Positions 6,906 to 17,394 of a DNA stretch of 32,000 nucleotides are shown here, piece after piece. The first letter of the stretch is position 1, and every line of letters starts with the position of its first letter. A model generated the notes under the pieces. That model had not been told where the DNA came from. It searched no databases and saw only the letters and a program-made list of their open reading frames with translations. Source of the DNA: Sedimentisphaera cyanobacteriorum (lineage in GTDB: Bacteria > Planctomycetota > Phycisphaerae > Sedimentisphaerales > Sedimentisphaeraceae); contig NZ_CP019633.1 of the NCBI RefSeq assembly GCF_001997385.1, forward strand, positions 1,950,001-1,982,000, written 5' to 3'. Both the position numbers and the translations under genes were made by a program.

Positions 6906-8261
6906 ATGCAGAACATTATATCATTAGAACTGATAAGTGCCACATCAGAAAATGGATTTTCTTTAGATGAATTGGTTTTCAGGACCAAAGAGTTATTTGA
7001 AACTGAGGCTATGGCAGGTTTTGTAAGCCTGATTCTTCAGTTGATTGATGAGCGAATATGTATGAACATTGTTCAAGGTAAATCGGATAATACCGGCCAA
7101 TCATGCTGCTGCAATGAGCGGTTTGAATATCATGACAGGTCTCTTCGCCAGTTCAGGACTTCTGTCGGCACAGTCAAGATTAGCTGGCGTCGCTTAAAGT
7201 GCGTTAAATGCGGCAAGACAATAACTCCTTTGAGAGATTTTTTAGGCCTTGCACCCTACCAGTCAAAGACATTGGAGTTGGAAAAGCTGGTTACAGAAAT
7301 TGTAAGCGAACAAAGTTATCGCCGAAGCAGCACTCATCTTGAATCTATCGGCAGCATACCTGTTCCAAAGAGCACTGCCCATCGCTGGGTTGTACAGACC
7401 GACTGCGATCAGATTGATACCGGCACAGATACATTCAGTCTTCTTTTTGCTGACGGCACCGGCTTTAAGCGTCGGCCCGATAAGGACAAACGCATAAGTA
7501 ATCGCGGTGAGCTCAGAGTTGCCTTAGGAGTCACCAGAAGTAGTTCTGTGGTGCCTTTAGGGGCATTCAGCGGTAAAAGCTGGGACGAGATATCCTCGCT
7601 GGTCAAGGGCGAACGTAAGAACAAAGAGCTTGTTGCCGATATGCTTGTAAGCGAGGGCGAAACAGGTCTGGTTAAGAGTCTGGCCAAACTTTGCAATGAT
7701 AGCCAAAGAAGCCATTGGCACCTGGTTCGGGATCTGAATTATACGATGTGGAAGGATGATGCCGGCAAACTTGAACGTAAGCAAAAGCAGAAAGAATTGA
7801 ATGCCGTAATTGGTATTGAAATTCCCGAGGAAGATTTTGAAAAGGTCTGTGATGATGACAAGAAAGATTTGCAAGATGCTGTCAATAGTGCCGAAAGTGA
7901 TCTTCATAAGCTGATAGGCAAACTGCTGGAGAAGGGATATAAAATAGCAGCCGATTACCTGAACCGTTCAGCTAAAAATATGTTCAGCTATGCTCGCCGC
8001 TGGCTGGAGACAGGTATTGTAACTCCGCGGGTTTCCAGCATGATAGAACGGATGATGCGAGAGCTTGGTCGACGCCTTAAACGCATCGCATTTGGCTGGA
8101 GCGAAGAAGGAGCGGCAAAGATGGCCAGAATTATCATTAAAAGATTTACTTCAGAAAATCAATGGGAAAAATACTGGCACGAAAAACTGAGGTTATTGGA
8201 CAATGTAATGCTTGCTCTAAAGACTATAAAAGTACAGAACCCACAAACTTTGGGACGTTAA
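6906..8261 (+). CDS. IS transposase (DDE type, zinc-ribbon N-terminal region)
   Basis: The 451-aa ORF has a Cys cluster CCCNERF...LKCVKCGKT followed by LLFADGTGFKRR (candidate first catalytic Asp). The stop codon lies at the very end of the right IR (8259-8261). Family assignment is from memory of UPF0236/ISKra4-like proteins and is not verified. Confidence 0.75.
   Translation: MQNIISLELISATSENGFSLDELVFRTKELFETEAMAGFVSLILQLIDERICMNIVQGKSDNTGQSCCCNERFEYHDRSLRQFRTSVGTVKISWRRLKCVKCGKTITPLRDFLGLAPYQSKTLELEKLVTEIVSEQSYRRSSTHLESIGSIPVPKSTAHRWVVQTDCDQIDTGTDTFSLLFADGTGFKRRPDKDKRISNRGELRVALGVTRSSSVVPLGAFSGKSWDEISSLVKGERKNKELVADMLVSEGETGLVKSLAKLCNDSQRSHWHLVRDLNYTMWKDDAGKLERKQKQKELNAVIGIEIPEEDFEKVCDDDKKDLQDAVNSAESDLHKLIGKLLEKGYKIAADYLNRSAKNMFSYARRWLETGIVTPRVSSMIERMMRELGRRLKRIAFGWSEEGAAKMARIIIKRFTSENQWEKYWHEKLRLLDNVMLALKTIKVQNPQTLGR
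8241..8260. repeat. IS right terminal inverted repeat
   Basis: CCACAAACTTTGGGACGTTA is the exact reverse complement of 6811-6830. Confidence 0.9.
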
Positions 8262-8391
8262 TAATTTTTTTGTTAGATTTCTGCTTTCCTGTTAAAACTC
8301 GTGATTAAAGGGCTTGGGGCAGATGAATTGTTTTTCGGGGCGTTTTATGAGCATATACAGGCGGGGTGCGAGAATCTCCGCGCATAAAAAA

Positions 8392-8477
<86 letters not shown>

Positions 8478-8563
8478 AAAAGAGAATAGGGAATTTTAAT
8501 GTTTTAGCTGCTTATATCAAGAATATTTGCTGAAAAAATTCAATTCTTTTTGATTTTTTCGCT

Positions 8564-9469
8564 CTACTGCTTTCCTGATTTCTTAATTACAGCATCAATC
8601 TTGGCTGCGACCATCTCTCCGAATATAACAAGATAGTCTAAATCTGTAATTGCGTAATGCTCCTGTTCGCATGTATTGTCCACATAAGCAGCAAACCTTG
8701 TGCTGTCTTCCAGCACGAAAGAAACAATCAGAGCAGAGCGAAGGTTGAATTTCTGATTTGCCCTGAGCATCCTCGGCACTAAGACGTGCTCCATCTGCTT
8801 TATGGAATATATGATATGGTTATTCAGTTTGATATCGTCAAACGTTACTTTCGTGGAGTCCCTGTTTCTCCCGTAAGACTCAAGAACGCTTGTCGCTTCA
8901 GAATTCAGCACTCCTGCCCAGCTGTGGCAGGCGTGGAGGTCTTTTATTACTGTTCTTACCCAGTATTCGAGCAATTTGGGGGTTTCGTCTATGAGCAGAA
9001 CGTCCGCAAGGTGCTCGCGAATCTTGCGGAATCTATCATTGCTCAGACGCAGCATAGGGTTATCGTCCGAACGCATATTCCGCGTTATGATGTCCCTGCT
9101 CTTTATTTCAACGCTTTCTGAAACATCCAGCCCTTCAACAACTGTATCCTCGAGGTGCGCCGCCCTCGGACGCTCCTTGTTTTTGTGAATTCGGGGGCGA
9201 AGCTCAAAGCAGGATATGTTTATAACGTCTCCGGGCTTGATAATCGCCTTCCAAATCTCTTTGCCGTTGATTTTTGTGCCGTTGGAGGAATGCTGGTCTT
9301 CAATTACCCAGTTGCCGTCGTCGTCGTTGTACATTACGGCATGCTTCCTTGATACAGATGAATCCGGCAGAAAAACTTCTGAACCAATCTCCCTGCCGAC
9401 CCTTATCGGGCCGCTGTCAAAACGAAGTTCATTAACGCTTTCGCCGTCTTTGAGAACTGTCAAATTCAT
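8564..9469 (-). CDS. FHA domain protein with an uncharacterised (GAF-like?) C-terminal domain
   Basis: The 301-aa ORF has an N-terminal IRVGREIGSEVFLPDSSVSRKHAVMYNDDDGNWVIEDQHSSNGTKINGKEI, which is a canonical FHA core (R..SR.H....NGT.vNG). Confidence 0.85.
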   Translation of the reverse strand: MNLTVLKDGESVNELRFDSGPIRVGREIGSEVFLPDSSVSRKHAVMYNDDDGNWVIEDQHSSNGTKINGKEIWKAIIKPGDVINISCFELRPRIHKNKERPRAAHLEDTVVEGLDVSESVEIKSRDIITRNMRSDDNPMLRLSNDRFRKIREHLADVLLIDETPKLLEYWVRTVIKDLHACHSWAGVLNSEATSVLESYGRNRDSTKVTFDDIKLNNHIIYSIKQMEHVLVPRMLRANQKFNLRSALIVSFVLEDSTRFAAYVDNTCEQEHYAITDLDYLVIFGEMVAAKIDAVIKKSGKQ

Positions 9470-9648
9470 AAACGCCTCCCTCTGCGGTTTTTTCTATTGC
9501 GATTAAATTATCTCAAATCACACCGTAGAAGTCAAGAAAAATTGATTTCTGCAAGAACCTTTTCAGAAGGCTTAGCCTGTTTTGGCATACTGCCGGCAGT
9601 GTATAACTTACAAATTCCCCGTTGGTAAAGATGTTTTCCGGAATGGCA

Positions 9649-9679
9649 TAAAAAAAAGGCAGGCAAATTAATGCCTGCC
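9649..9679 (-). terminator. Rho-independent terminator ending the head-gene operon
   Basis: The minus strand reads GGCAGGCA-TTAATT-TGCCTGCC followed by TTTTTTTTT. The stem is at 9658-9679 and the U-tract at 9649-9657. It starts 13 nt after the stop of the lipoprotein gene. Confidence 0.65.
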
Positions 9680-9691
9680 CGCTGCCGGTTA

Positions 9692-10273
9692 TCAGCCGGC
9701 CTCGTCTTTCACCTGCCGCACGATCTGTTTTGTGGATTTGCTTTGCCCTACCTGGGCCTCGCTGAACGGTATTTTCGTATGCGGCTGGTTTTTCTTCATC
9801 ACCTCATTTCCTTTCACGATTTCCTCAAGCGCCTTGAGTTTCTTGCGAACTACAGAAGCCGCAGCGGCAGCCTTTGCAGCACCTGCCCCGCCGAAAATCC
9901 CGAAAAGAGCTATAACAATGTTAACCAGCGGATCGAAGAGGCTGTAGCCTGCGGTTCCGGCGGATGCCTGCAAACCAGCCTCCTCTGCTATCTTGCCGGC
10001 CATATTCTTTTTCAGTGAATCATAGTTTGGGGCATTTGCCGGCTGCTTTGGCTTTCCCATATATTCAGCCACAGCGCTGTGCTGCTTTGCTGCAAGCCCA
10101 GCAAGGGCCTTGATTCTCTCACTGCCTTCAGCCTCCGCCTGTTTTTCAGCAAGACCGATTGTCCGGCCGAGCAGATGGGCGTTTTGCTTCTGCACCTCGC
10201 CCGGGGCAAGCCTGAAAGCCCCGCACCCGCCTGCAAACAGGGCAAGCAGGATAATACAAATACAATTTTTCAT
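9692..10273 (-). CDS. Putative lipoprotein with an additional internal/C-proximal TM helix (spanin-like topology)
   Basis: The 193-aa ORF has an N-terminal MKNCICIILLALFAGGC, read as a signal peptide plus a lipobox-like AGGC. A second hydrophobic segment is LVNIVIALFGIFGGAGAAKAAAAA. Its start overlaps the upstream stop (ATGA). Confidence 0.55.
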   Translation of the reverse strand: MKNCICIILLALFAGGCGAFRLAPGEVQKQNAHLLGRTIGLAEKQAEAEGSERIKALAGLAAKQHSAVAEYMGKPKQPANAPNYDSLKKNMAGKIAEEAGLQASAGTAGYSLFDPLVNIVIALFGIFGGAGAAKAAAAASVVRKKLKALEEIVKGNEVMKKNQPHTKIPFSEAQVGQSKSTKQIVRQVKDEAG

Positions 10274-10533
10274 TTCCTCATCTCCTTCTGCATCTCTATC
10301 TGATTCTCTAAAACAGCAATTTCTTTTCCCTGCTCGGCCTGCCTTTTGCTCAAAACATCGAATTTGCCTGCCGAACTCTGCTGCTGGAGCTTTATCATCT
10401 CAACATCTTTCTGCAAAGAAGTGATTCTGGTTTGCAGGTCGCTCCAGCTGCCGATTATAAGCCCTCCGATAACAATAAGCTGGCAGGCCGTACGCACTGC
10501 CGAAAATACACTTGCCATAGACATAATCCTCAC
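10270..10533 (-). CDS. Small type-II membrane protein with a coiled-coil ectodomain (i-spanin/Rz-like topology)
   Basis: The 87-aa ORF has an N-terminal TM segment ACQLIVIGGLIIGSW followed by heptad-rich LQTRITSLQKDVEMIKLQQQ...IAVLENQIEMQKEMRK. The GTG start overlaps the stop of the upstream gene. An alternative ATG lies 9 nt downstream. Confidence 0.5.
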   Translation of the reverse strand: MRIMSMASVFSAVRTACQLIVIGGLIIGSWSDLQTRITSLQKDVEMIKLQQQSSAGKFDVLSKRQAEQGKEIAVLENQIEMQKEMRK

Positions 10534-11186
10534 CCCCTTTCCAGCTCGCCGCAGGCGAAGCAGTATTTCCGCTGCCTGCCTTCGGCATTCCTCATTTCAA
10601 CTATAAGAGCCTCTTTGCTCCTCTCGAACAGCTCTTCATACATCTCCCGCTTATCTGAGAGCAGAGCCTCATCCGCATCGGGATTGCCGCATTGAGCGCT
10701 GAGCATAAGCTGGGCGAGAGCTCCGGCGGCCGCGCAGTTTGCTGTGAGCCTGCTGTCGAGAATATCCTCCGCGCCGAACTCGGCATCGCTTACAGCAGGC
10801 CTTATACCCATCAGCGAGCAGAGCTCCAGAGAAACCGCCTCAATCACCGCGCTGAAGCTTGCAATCAGCAGATTCAGAGAGCCTATGCTGAACAGTTCTC
10901 CCGCCTGAAGTCCCTGTGCTGCGGGCGGGGCGATTGTGAGCTGGTTAGATGCATCACAGCTCAAAACGCTGAAATAGCCTTCAAATCCGCTTTCCGGCTC
11001 ATTCACGTAAACTGCGAAACCTTCCTGCACGCCTGCGGCAATGAAATCCACGCCGCCGCAAGTTAGCGAGCTGCCGGATATGCTCGCCCCGCCTCCGCGT
11101 ACAACGATAAACTGCTCGAGTCCTTCTGCCTTGAATATCCTGCTCTCAAAAGCTAAAAGGTCGCTGTCTTTGCAAAGCATTGTCAT
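10530..11186 (-). CDS. Hypothetical phage head-associated protein (position suggests a head-completion/adaptor role)
   Basis: The 218-aa ORF lies directly downstream of the capsid gene, with its own RBS (AAAGGA). I recognise no motif. The functional call is positional only. Confidence 0.5.
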   Translation of the reverse strand: MTMLCKDSDLLAFESRIFKAEGLEQFIVVRGGGASISGSSLTCGGVDFIAAGVQEGFAVYVNEPESGFEGYFSVLSCDASNQLTIAPPAAQGLQAGELFSIGSLNLLIASFSAVIEAVSLELCSLMGIRPAVSDAEFGAEDILDSRLTANCAAAGALAQLMLSAQCGNPDADEALLSDKREMYEELFERSKEALIVEMRNAEGRQRKYCFACGELERG

Positions 11187-11203
11187 TTTGTCTGTCCTTT
11201 CTC

Positions 11204-11237
11204 AAAAAGCCGCCTCGAGGTTTTGCCCCGAAGCGGC
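11204..11237 (-). terminator. Imperfect (probably leaky) terminator between the capsid gene and downstream genes
   Basis: The minus strand reads GCCGCTTCG...CGAGGCGGC, a 9-bp stem with one mismatch, followed by TTTTT. Placement after a major capsid gene is common in phages. Confidence 0.35.
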
Positions 11238-11247
11238 CGGTTAATTT

Positions 11248-12396
11248 TTATACAAGCCCGGTTATGATTCCGTGTGCCTGCTGGTTCTTGAGCTCGAGGG
11301 TGTATTCCCCTATAAGCTCGCCTCGTTCATAATCCCCACTGGATGCAAGCGGCTTGAAGTGCATACTTCTGCCCGTTAGAGGCATCACGCTTACCCGCGA
11401 GGAATCAAGCAGGAGGATTGTACCGCTGGGGACCCATCTGGAGAGAATTACCCTGCACACGCCGAAATCGCTTTCGTACATCTGAACCCCGCTGCGGACT
11501 CTGGTGTCTTCAGGGCCGTACCAGCGCGAGCCTTCGAGGAAGGAGTTTATCCTTCGCTTCTGAGCCCCGCCGGCAACGATCATATCAACATTCCCGCAGC
11601 TTTTCTCCCAAATCTGCCTCAGTGCCCAGTTGAGCATATTCTCTGTTAGCACATCTCCATCCGGAACGTCCCCTGAGCCCGCCTGGAAGATGTTTGTCTG
11701 AATGTGGCGGATTATTCCGCGCATCGTCCTTGTTTGCGAAGCGGTTCCTGCCGGGGAAGACTGCGCCATAGCACCGTTTATAACGGTATTCTCCAAATCC
11801 CTGAGCAGTTCACGCAGACGCATCTGCTTTTGATAGTCCATCTCTTCGGCGATACCTATGTGGTCTGCTGCCATATTAGACCCGCTCACCTCAACACCTG
11901 CGGTGAAGATTTGAGTCCAGTTGCCCTGTCTTGCCCTGGCGGTAAAGCGGCTTTCGGGAAAGTCTTCGCCTTCCACTGCCGAAGGGCCGATGATATTGAT
12001 CCTCTGGCCGTCTTCTATAGGCTCGGCGGATGTTCCGCCGTAGCCTCGGGTAACGTTGAGCGTGCTGCCAGTTTTGCCGATAACAAGCATTACCTCAGAA
12101 GAACCTTCAGGCTGGATCTGATCGTTTATGCGAAATTTGCTTATATCGGCCACATCAAATTCAGGACAGCTTCCGGGCATGGTAATATCCTGATCGTTTA
12201 TCACATCGCTGTTTGCAAGCAGGCTGTCTTCAAGCCATTCGTGATATGTACTGCGTGCTTCTCTCTGCGGGTCTCCGATTTCGCTTAGAAGAGGTGTTTC
12301 ATAAGGGGAAACAATCCCAATAACATCAGACACGTCTTCGGCTATTTCCGGCAGCTCCGCTCCAGCTGTAAAAGTTGCTTTTCCTGTAAAACTCAT
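11248..12396 (-). CDS. Major capsid protein, HK97 fold, DUF5309/SU10-like family
   Basis: The 382-aa ORF has an N-terminal ...AEDVSDVIGIVSPYETPLLSEIG....ARSTYHEWLEDSL.... This matches the family hallmark (eDLsD.I..IsP.dTPf.s.ig.....t.hEW..DsL). RBS AAGGAG. A scaffold gene lies immediately upstream. Confidence 0.8.
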   Translation of the reverse strand: MSFTGKATFTAGAELPEIAEDVSDVIGIVSPYETPLLSEIGDPQREARSTYHEWLEDSLLANSDVINDQDITMPGSCPEFDVADISKFRINDQIQPEGSSEVMLVIGKTGSTLNVTRGYGGTSAEPIEDGQRINIIGPSAVEGEDFPESRFTARARQGNWTQIFTAGVEVSGSNMAADHIGIAEEMDYQKQMRLRELLRDLENTVINGAMAQSSPAGTASQTRTMRGIIRHIQTNIFQAGSGDVPDGDVLTENMLNWALRQIWEKSCGNVDMIVAGGAQKRRINSFLEGSRWYGPEDTRVRSGVQMYESDFGVCRVILSRWVPSGTILLLDSSRVSVMPLTGRSMHFKPLASSGDYERGELIGEYTLELKNQQAHGIITGLV

Positions 12397-12412
12397 AATT
12401 TACTCCTTCATA

Positions 12413-12814
12413 TTAATAATTTGTGTTTTCAGTTTTTTCCCGGCGGACTCTCATATATTCGCTAACCTCTGCGGGTCTGCCGGTCTGAGCTGCTTTTCGG
12501 GCAGCTCCCTCAAGTTGGTTCTCGGTTTGCTCGGCTGCCTGAGCGATATTGCTGCGAAGCTCAGCAGGCCTGCTTCGGAACAGATAGGCCTTTTTCTCCT
12601 TGAGCCCGCTTACAAGCTCCTCTGGCTTCTTTTCGGGATTCTGTTTCTGCTTCTCTCTGCAAAGGGCCAAGCCTGCATCCAGATCGATAATCCCGCTTTC
12701 AGCGAGGGATTTGGCGGCTTCTTTTTCGAACTTAAGCCGCTCATTTTCAGCCTTGAGCTCTTCAGCGGGCAAGCTGCCGCCTTCAGGCGGAATGTTCTGA
12801 TTTTTCTTTTCCAT
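12413..12814 (-). CDS. Putative phage scaffolding protein
   Basis: The 133-aa ORF is acidic/basic, helical and coiled-coil (ELKAENERLKFEKEAAKSLAE...). It sits between the portal and capsid genes, and no prohead protease is present. RBS AAGGAG. Confidence 0.6.
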   Translation of the reverse strand: MEKKNQNIPPEGGSLPAEELKAENERLKFEKEAAKSLAESGIIDLDAGLALCREKQKQNPEKKPEELVSGLKEKKAYLFRSRPAELRSNIAQAAEQTENQLEGAARKAAQTGRPAEVSEYMRVRREKTENTNY

Positions 12815-12862
12815 GATAAATCTCCTTCTAAACTTAAATTAATATATTTCGAGGCCTTCGAT

Positions 12863-14248
12863 TCAGCCTGTTTCTTCTTTCGGATAAGCCCCAAATTCGC
12901 TGAAGACCTCCTCCTCCGGAAGCCCTGCCTCTTTTTTGAGAATAGCTTCATTGAGCTTATCTGTAGTGTTTTCGGGCAGTGGATCGGCAAACACGACCTC
13001 CACTTTCCTTTCTTCCCGACTCGTCTTAAAAATCCCCGCAGAATCTAACGCAAGCAGAAGCTTTCGGCAGAGCTGCCTTATTCCGTCTCCGTAAGCAGCC
13101 TTTCTGCGTTCGTTTTTGCTGAGGATCCCAATAAGCGTCATTTTGAGTGCAACTGCGCTGGAGAGATTGCCGATTTTTCCTCGCAATACCCCGGCAGCCA
13201 GCGGGGTTACTCCGCTTATCTTGTCCATCGCTGCACGTATCTGGTCTATATGGCTCTCCTCTCCCGGGCATGCGCTGTCTCCGCCGAACTGCTCAATGCT
13301 TGCGTCCTGATTCCATGTGTACCAGATTCGCCCAGGTACCACCTCTTTTGCCCCCGGGTCTTCAAGGCCTTTAGCCAGATAGAGCTTGAAAGACTGCATC
13401 GTTACGCGGAAAGCCCTGTCGCTAAGGCGGGTGTTCAGCTCGTCCTGAAGGGGTATCAGCGGGGCAACATCGCTCGCCCCTTCGTAGCTCTGCGGACGGC
13501 TTATATTCTGTATGTGAACTACTGGCAGCTCAGGTATCCGGCAGGGCAGCTCGCTTACCAGCCGGCCGTCGTGAAACCGCTGGAAAAGCTCAGGGCTGAA
13601 AAGCTCTGTTACCTGAATCTGTTTGCGGCTAAGCCCGCCTATGCCGGAATCTCCTGCCTGATTTATCTCCATTCGGAAATTCTGCAGATAACAGTTGATT
13701 CGGCCTGCATCACCTTCCTCAAGGACGGGAAGAGCCCTCTCAGCAGGTACAAGATCCAGCTTCACGTCCCTCGCTTCGGCATTTTCGCTGAAAAGCCCTT
13801 CAATGCGCAGAAGGATATCAACAAAGCCGTACACGCTGCCGAGAAGGGCTAGGCTCATAAAGAATTCACTGCCTCCGTTTGCCTCAAAAACTTCATTCAA
13901 AAGCGATTCAATCTTTCGAGCCTTGTCTCTGGTTTTCGAAAGGCTTTTGATTCGAATCTGCCGGCCGAAGAGAAAATCGTTCATCGAATTTATCCGCCAG
14001 CCGATATCGTTCTCGATTACAACTTCCTTGCGGCCTATCCCCTTCTCTGCGCTGCCGCGGATTCGTTCAGGCAGGCCTTGTATTTGTGCCTGCTGCATCT
14101 GGCCGGCCGAGCAGTTGTATCTGCAGTTGCTGTAATATTCGTAGAGCTTGCGGAATTCTCTCGCCCTTGCCGGCTGGTATTTCTCTATCAGCCAGCGGAC
14201 AAAACCTTCATCCAGCCTGAAGCCGAGCTTTGAAAAATCAAATTCCAT
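12863..14248 (-). CDS. Phage portal protein (SPP1 gp6-like pattern)
   Basis: The 461-aa ORF has an N-terminal ...FRKLYEYYSN... (the l..YY.g motif of portal N-termini). Size and position upstream of scaffold and capsid fit. RBS GGAGAAGGA. Confidence 0.7.
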   Translation of the reverse strand: MEFDFSKLGFRLDEGFVRWLIEKYQPARAREFRKLYEYYSNCRYNCSAGQMQQAQIQGLPERIRGSAEKGIGRKEVVIENDIGWRINSMNDFLFGRQIRIKSLSKTRDKARKIESLLNEVFEANGGSEFFMSLALLGSVYGFVDILLRIEGLFSENAEARDVKLDLVPAERALPVLEEGDAGRINCYLQNFRMEINQAGDSGIGGLSRKQIQVTELFSPELFQRFHDGRLVSELPCRIPELPVVHIQNISRPQSYEGASDVAPLIPLQDELNTRLSDRAFRVTMQSFKLYLAKGLEDPGAKEVVPGRIWYTWNQDASIEQFGGDSACPGEESHIDQIRAAMDKISGVTPLAAGVLRGKIGNLSSAVALKMTLIGILSKNERRKAAYGDGIRQLCRKLLLALDSAGIFKTSREERKVEVVFADPLPENTTDKLNEAILKKEAGLPEEEVFSEFGAYPKEETG

Positions 14249-14973
14249 TCTTCCTTCTCCTAAAAGTATTCTCTAAAACAAGGCTGAAATAATTAGCCCT
14301 CTCACCCTTAGAGCGAATGTTAAGGTTTTGCGCGGAAAATTTTTGAATTGAGCAGTTTCAGAGGGTTTGTAAATGCCTGAAAAGCAAAGGCTAAGAAAAA
14401 TCCAGTCTTTTTTAATTTCATCTCACTTTTGCCCGCCCTCAATTTAAGAAAAAGCAAAACAAATAACTTTTTACATTTCGTTTTAGCCTTTTATAAATCT
14501 TTCCGTTAAAGCATTACACATTATTCAGAACAAAGATATTCTGCGACAAAGCTGTTAAAGCTATCGCTCAAATCAGCAGGATTTTATCATCTCTCAACTT
14601 GCGTTTGCGCAGTTTGACGCAGCCGCTAAAAGACGGGTCAAACTGTAAAAGGTTAGAAAAACCTTCTTCAATCGGCCTTATCTGTTTACAAAGCGATTTT
14701 TTTTCTTAGAATTTTCCAGTTGCTTTTAGGGTGAACTCATCTTGTTACTGTATCTCGGCAGGAATAAAATATCCTGTTGTGCAGGATGAAGCCAAGGCTA
14801 ACAGGGCGAATTAAATAAGTGAATGTATTGTTTCATAATTCCACGGACAAGATCTTATTGCCCAAGTTATAAAAATAGTTACAAGAACAAAAAGCCGGCG
14901 TGTTTTTGTTTTTAGTAATGAGAATCAATGCTTATTTCTGTATTGATTGAAAATAAAATGTTTAATGTTTTAA

Positions 14974-16332
<1,359 letters not shown>

Positions 16333-16365
16333 TCATATTTCCAGCTAATCTGTAAAAGGTTTCCA

Positions 16366-16395
16366 AACGGCAGAGAAAAACTCTGCCGTTTTTTA
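16366..16395 (+). terminator. Rho-independent terminator of gdhA
   Basis: AACGGCAGAG-AAAAA-CTCTGCCGTT is followed by TTTTT. Confidence 0.75.
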
Positions 16396-16550
16396 TGCCC
16401 TGAATTAACCACCCAGCCGAGGCGTTTACAATTCCAGAAAACTGCTGATAAAATTTCTCAAAATCCAGCTTGCCGTCCGAATTCAGAATATTTTTTCACA
16501 TCTCATTTGAATTTTACCGATTGTTTAATACAATTTGCGCTTCTGCTTAA

Positions 16551-16624
16551 GCGCTCGTAGCTCAGTTGGATAGAGCATTGGATTCCTAATCCAAAGGTCG
16601 CAGGTTCGAATCCTGCCGGGCGTA
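16551..16624 (+). tRNA. tRNA-Arg (anticodon CCT)
   Basis: GCGCTCG TA GCTC AGTTGGATA GAGC A TTGGA TTCCTAA TCCAA AGGTC GCAGG TTCGAAT CCTGC CGGGCGT A. It folds as a cloverleaf with two G-U pairs in the acceptor stem. The anticodon loop is TT-CCT-AA. Confidence 0.9.
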
Positions 16625-17394
16625 CTTCCTTTTTACCCCCTTGCAAGCCCTTAAAATCGCCGTTTTGGGGGCTCTCAGGGGCGTTTTTATTGCTTTCAAT
16701 ATTCCTTGATTTTAAGTTTGTGTCGTTCGTTTGAGTTCGCCAAAATCCGCCTTTGGGCGCACAATCTGCGTGGATTTTTGCGGGGGTAGAAAATTCGCCA
16801 TTTCCTGCTGTTCCGGTCGCTTGTAAATCGGCCTGCTGATTTAAATTACAAATTTTAAATTTTCAAAGAAAGAGTATAACAGGGCGTATTGATGTTTGCT
16901 TAATAGGCTTTTACGATGAATATCTTTGACAAGCAGGCTCGTTATTCCCAAACACTCGCATAAGATGAAATGCAATGCATAAACGATAATAAACAAACCT
17001 TGGCGAATCGCCTTTGTGCGCGGCAATTTTTTTGGCAAAATGCAAATCATCATGCTGCAATGCTTTGCAGAATCTATTTACTGAGCCAGTCCACCTGCGG
17101 CGGAAAACTCGCTAAGGATTTTTTGTCTGCGGGTTTTGTTGGCGACCAGGGGCGAACCTGCGCGAGCGATCATCTCTCATCAGTGAAAAATCAGGGGAAA
17201 TTAGTCGTTCGTCAAATTCCTTAGCGTATCTTAGCGTTTCTCAGTGGCTGAAATATCTCAGTGCTTCTCGTGGTTTCAAACCAATCCCACGCCCCAAAAA
17301 TTGTGTTTTGTTTTACTACGAAGCCCTTGAATCAGCACTTAAAATATGTTAAGCTAACCTTTTGGTTTTATAATTTAACAAAGGAGGTAAAATT

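Larger units (their letters stand above)
6811..8260 (+). mobile_element. Complete 1450-bp insertion sequence with a single transposase (ISKra4/ISLre2/UPF0236-like)
   Basis: It has perfect 20-bp terminal inverted repeats: TAACGTCCCAAAGTTTGTGG at 6811-6830 and its exact reverse complement at 8241-8260. One ORF fills the element. It is visibly more AT-rich than the flanking genes. Confidence 0.85.

Noticed and set aside
6802-8269. Target-site duplication flanking the IS
   Set aside because: Compared at 8-9 bp, the flanks AAATTTTGA and ATAATTTTT do not match. Only AT-richness is shared, so no TSD is claimed.
12515-13852. Plus-strand ORFs of 177 and 200 aa opposite the scaffold and portal genes
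   Set aside because: They are antisense to genes with strong RBSs and phage-typical order, and they have no motifs. They are treated as shadow ORFs.
16841-17224. Overlapping 70-aa (minus) and 84-aa (plus) ORFs downstream of tRNA-Arg
   Set aside because: They overlap each other, lack Shine-Dalgarno sequences and have implausible composition. The region is treated as non-coding.
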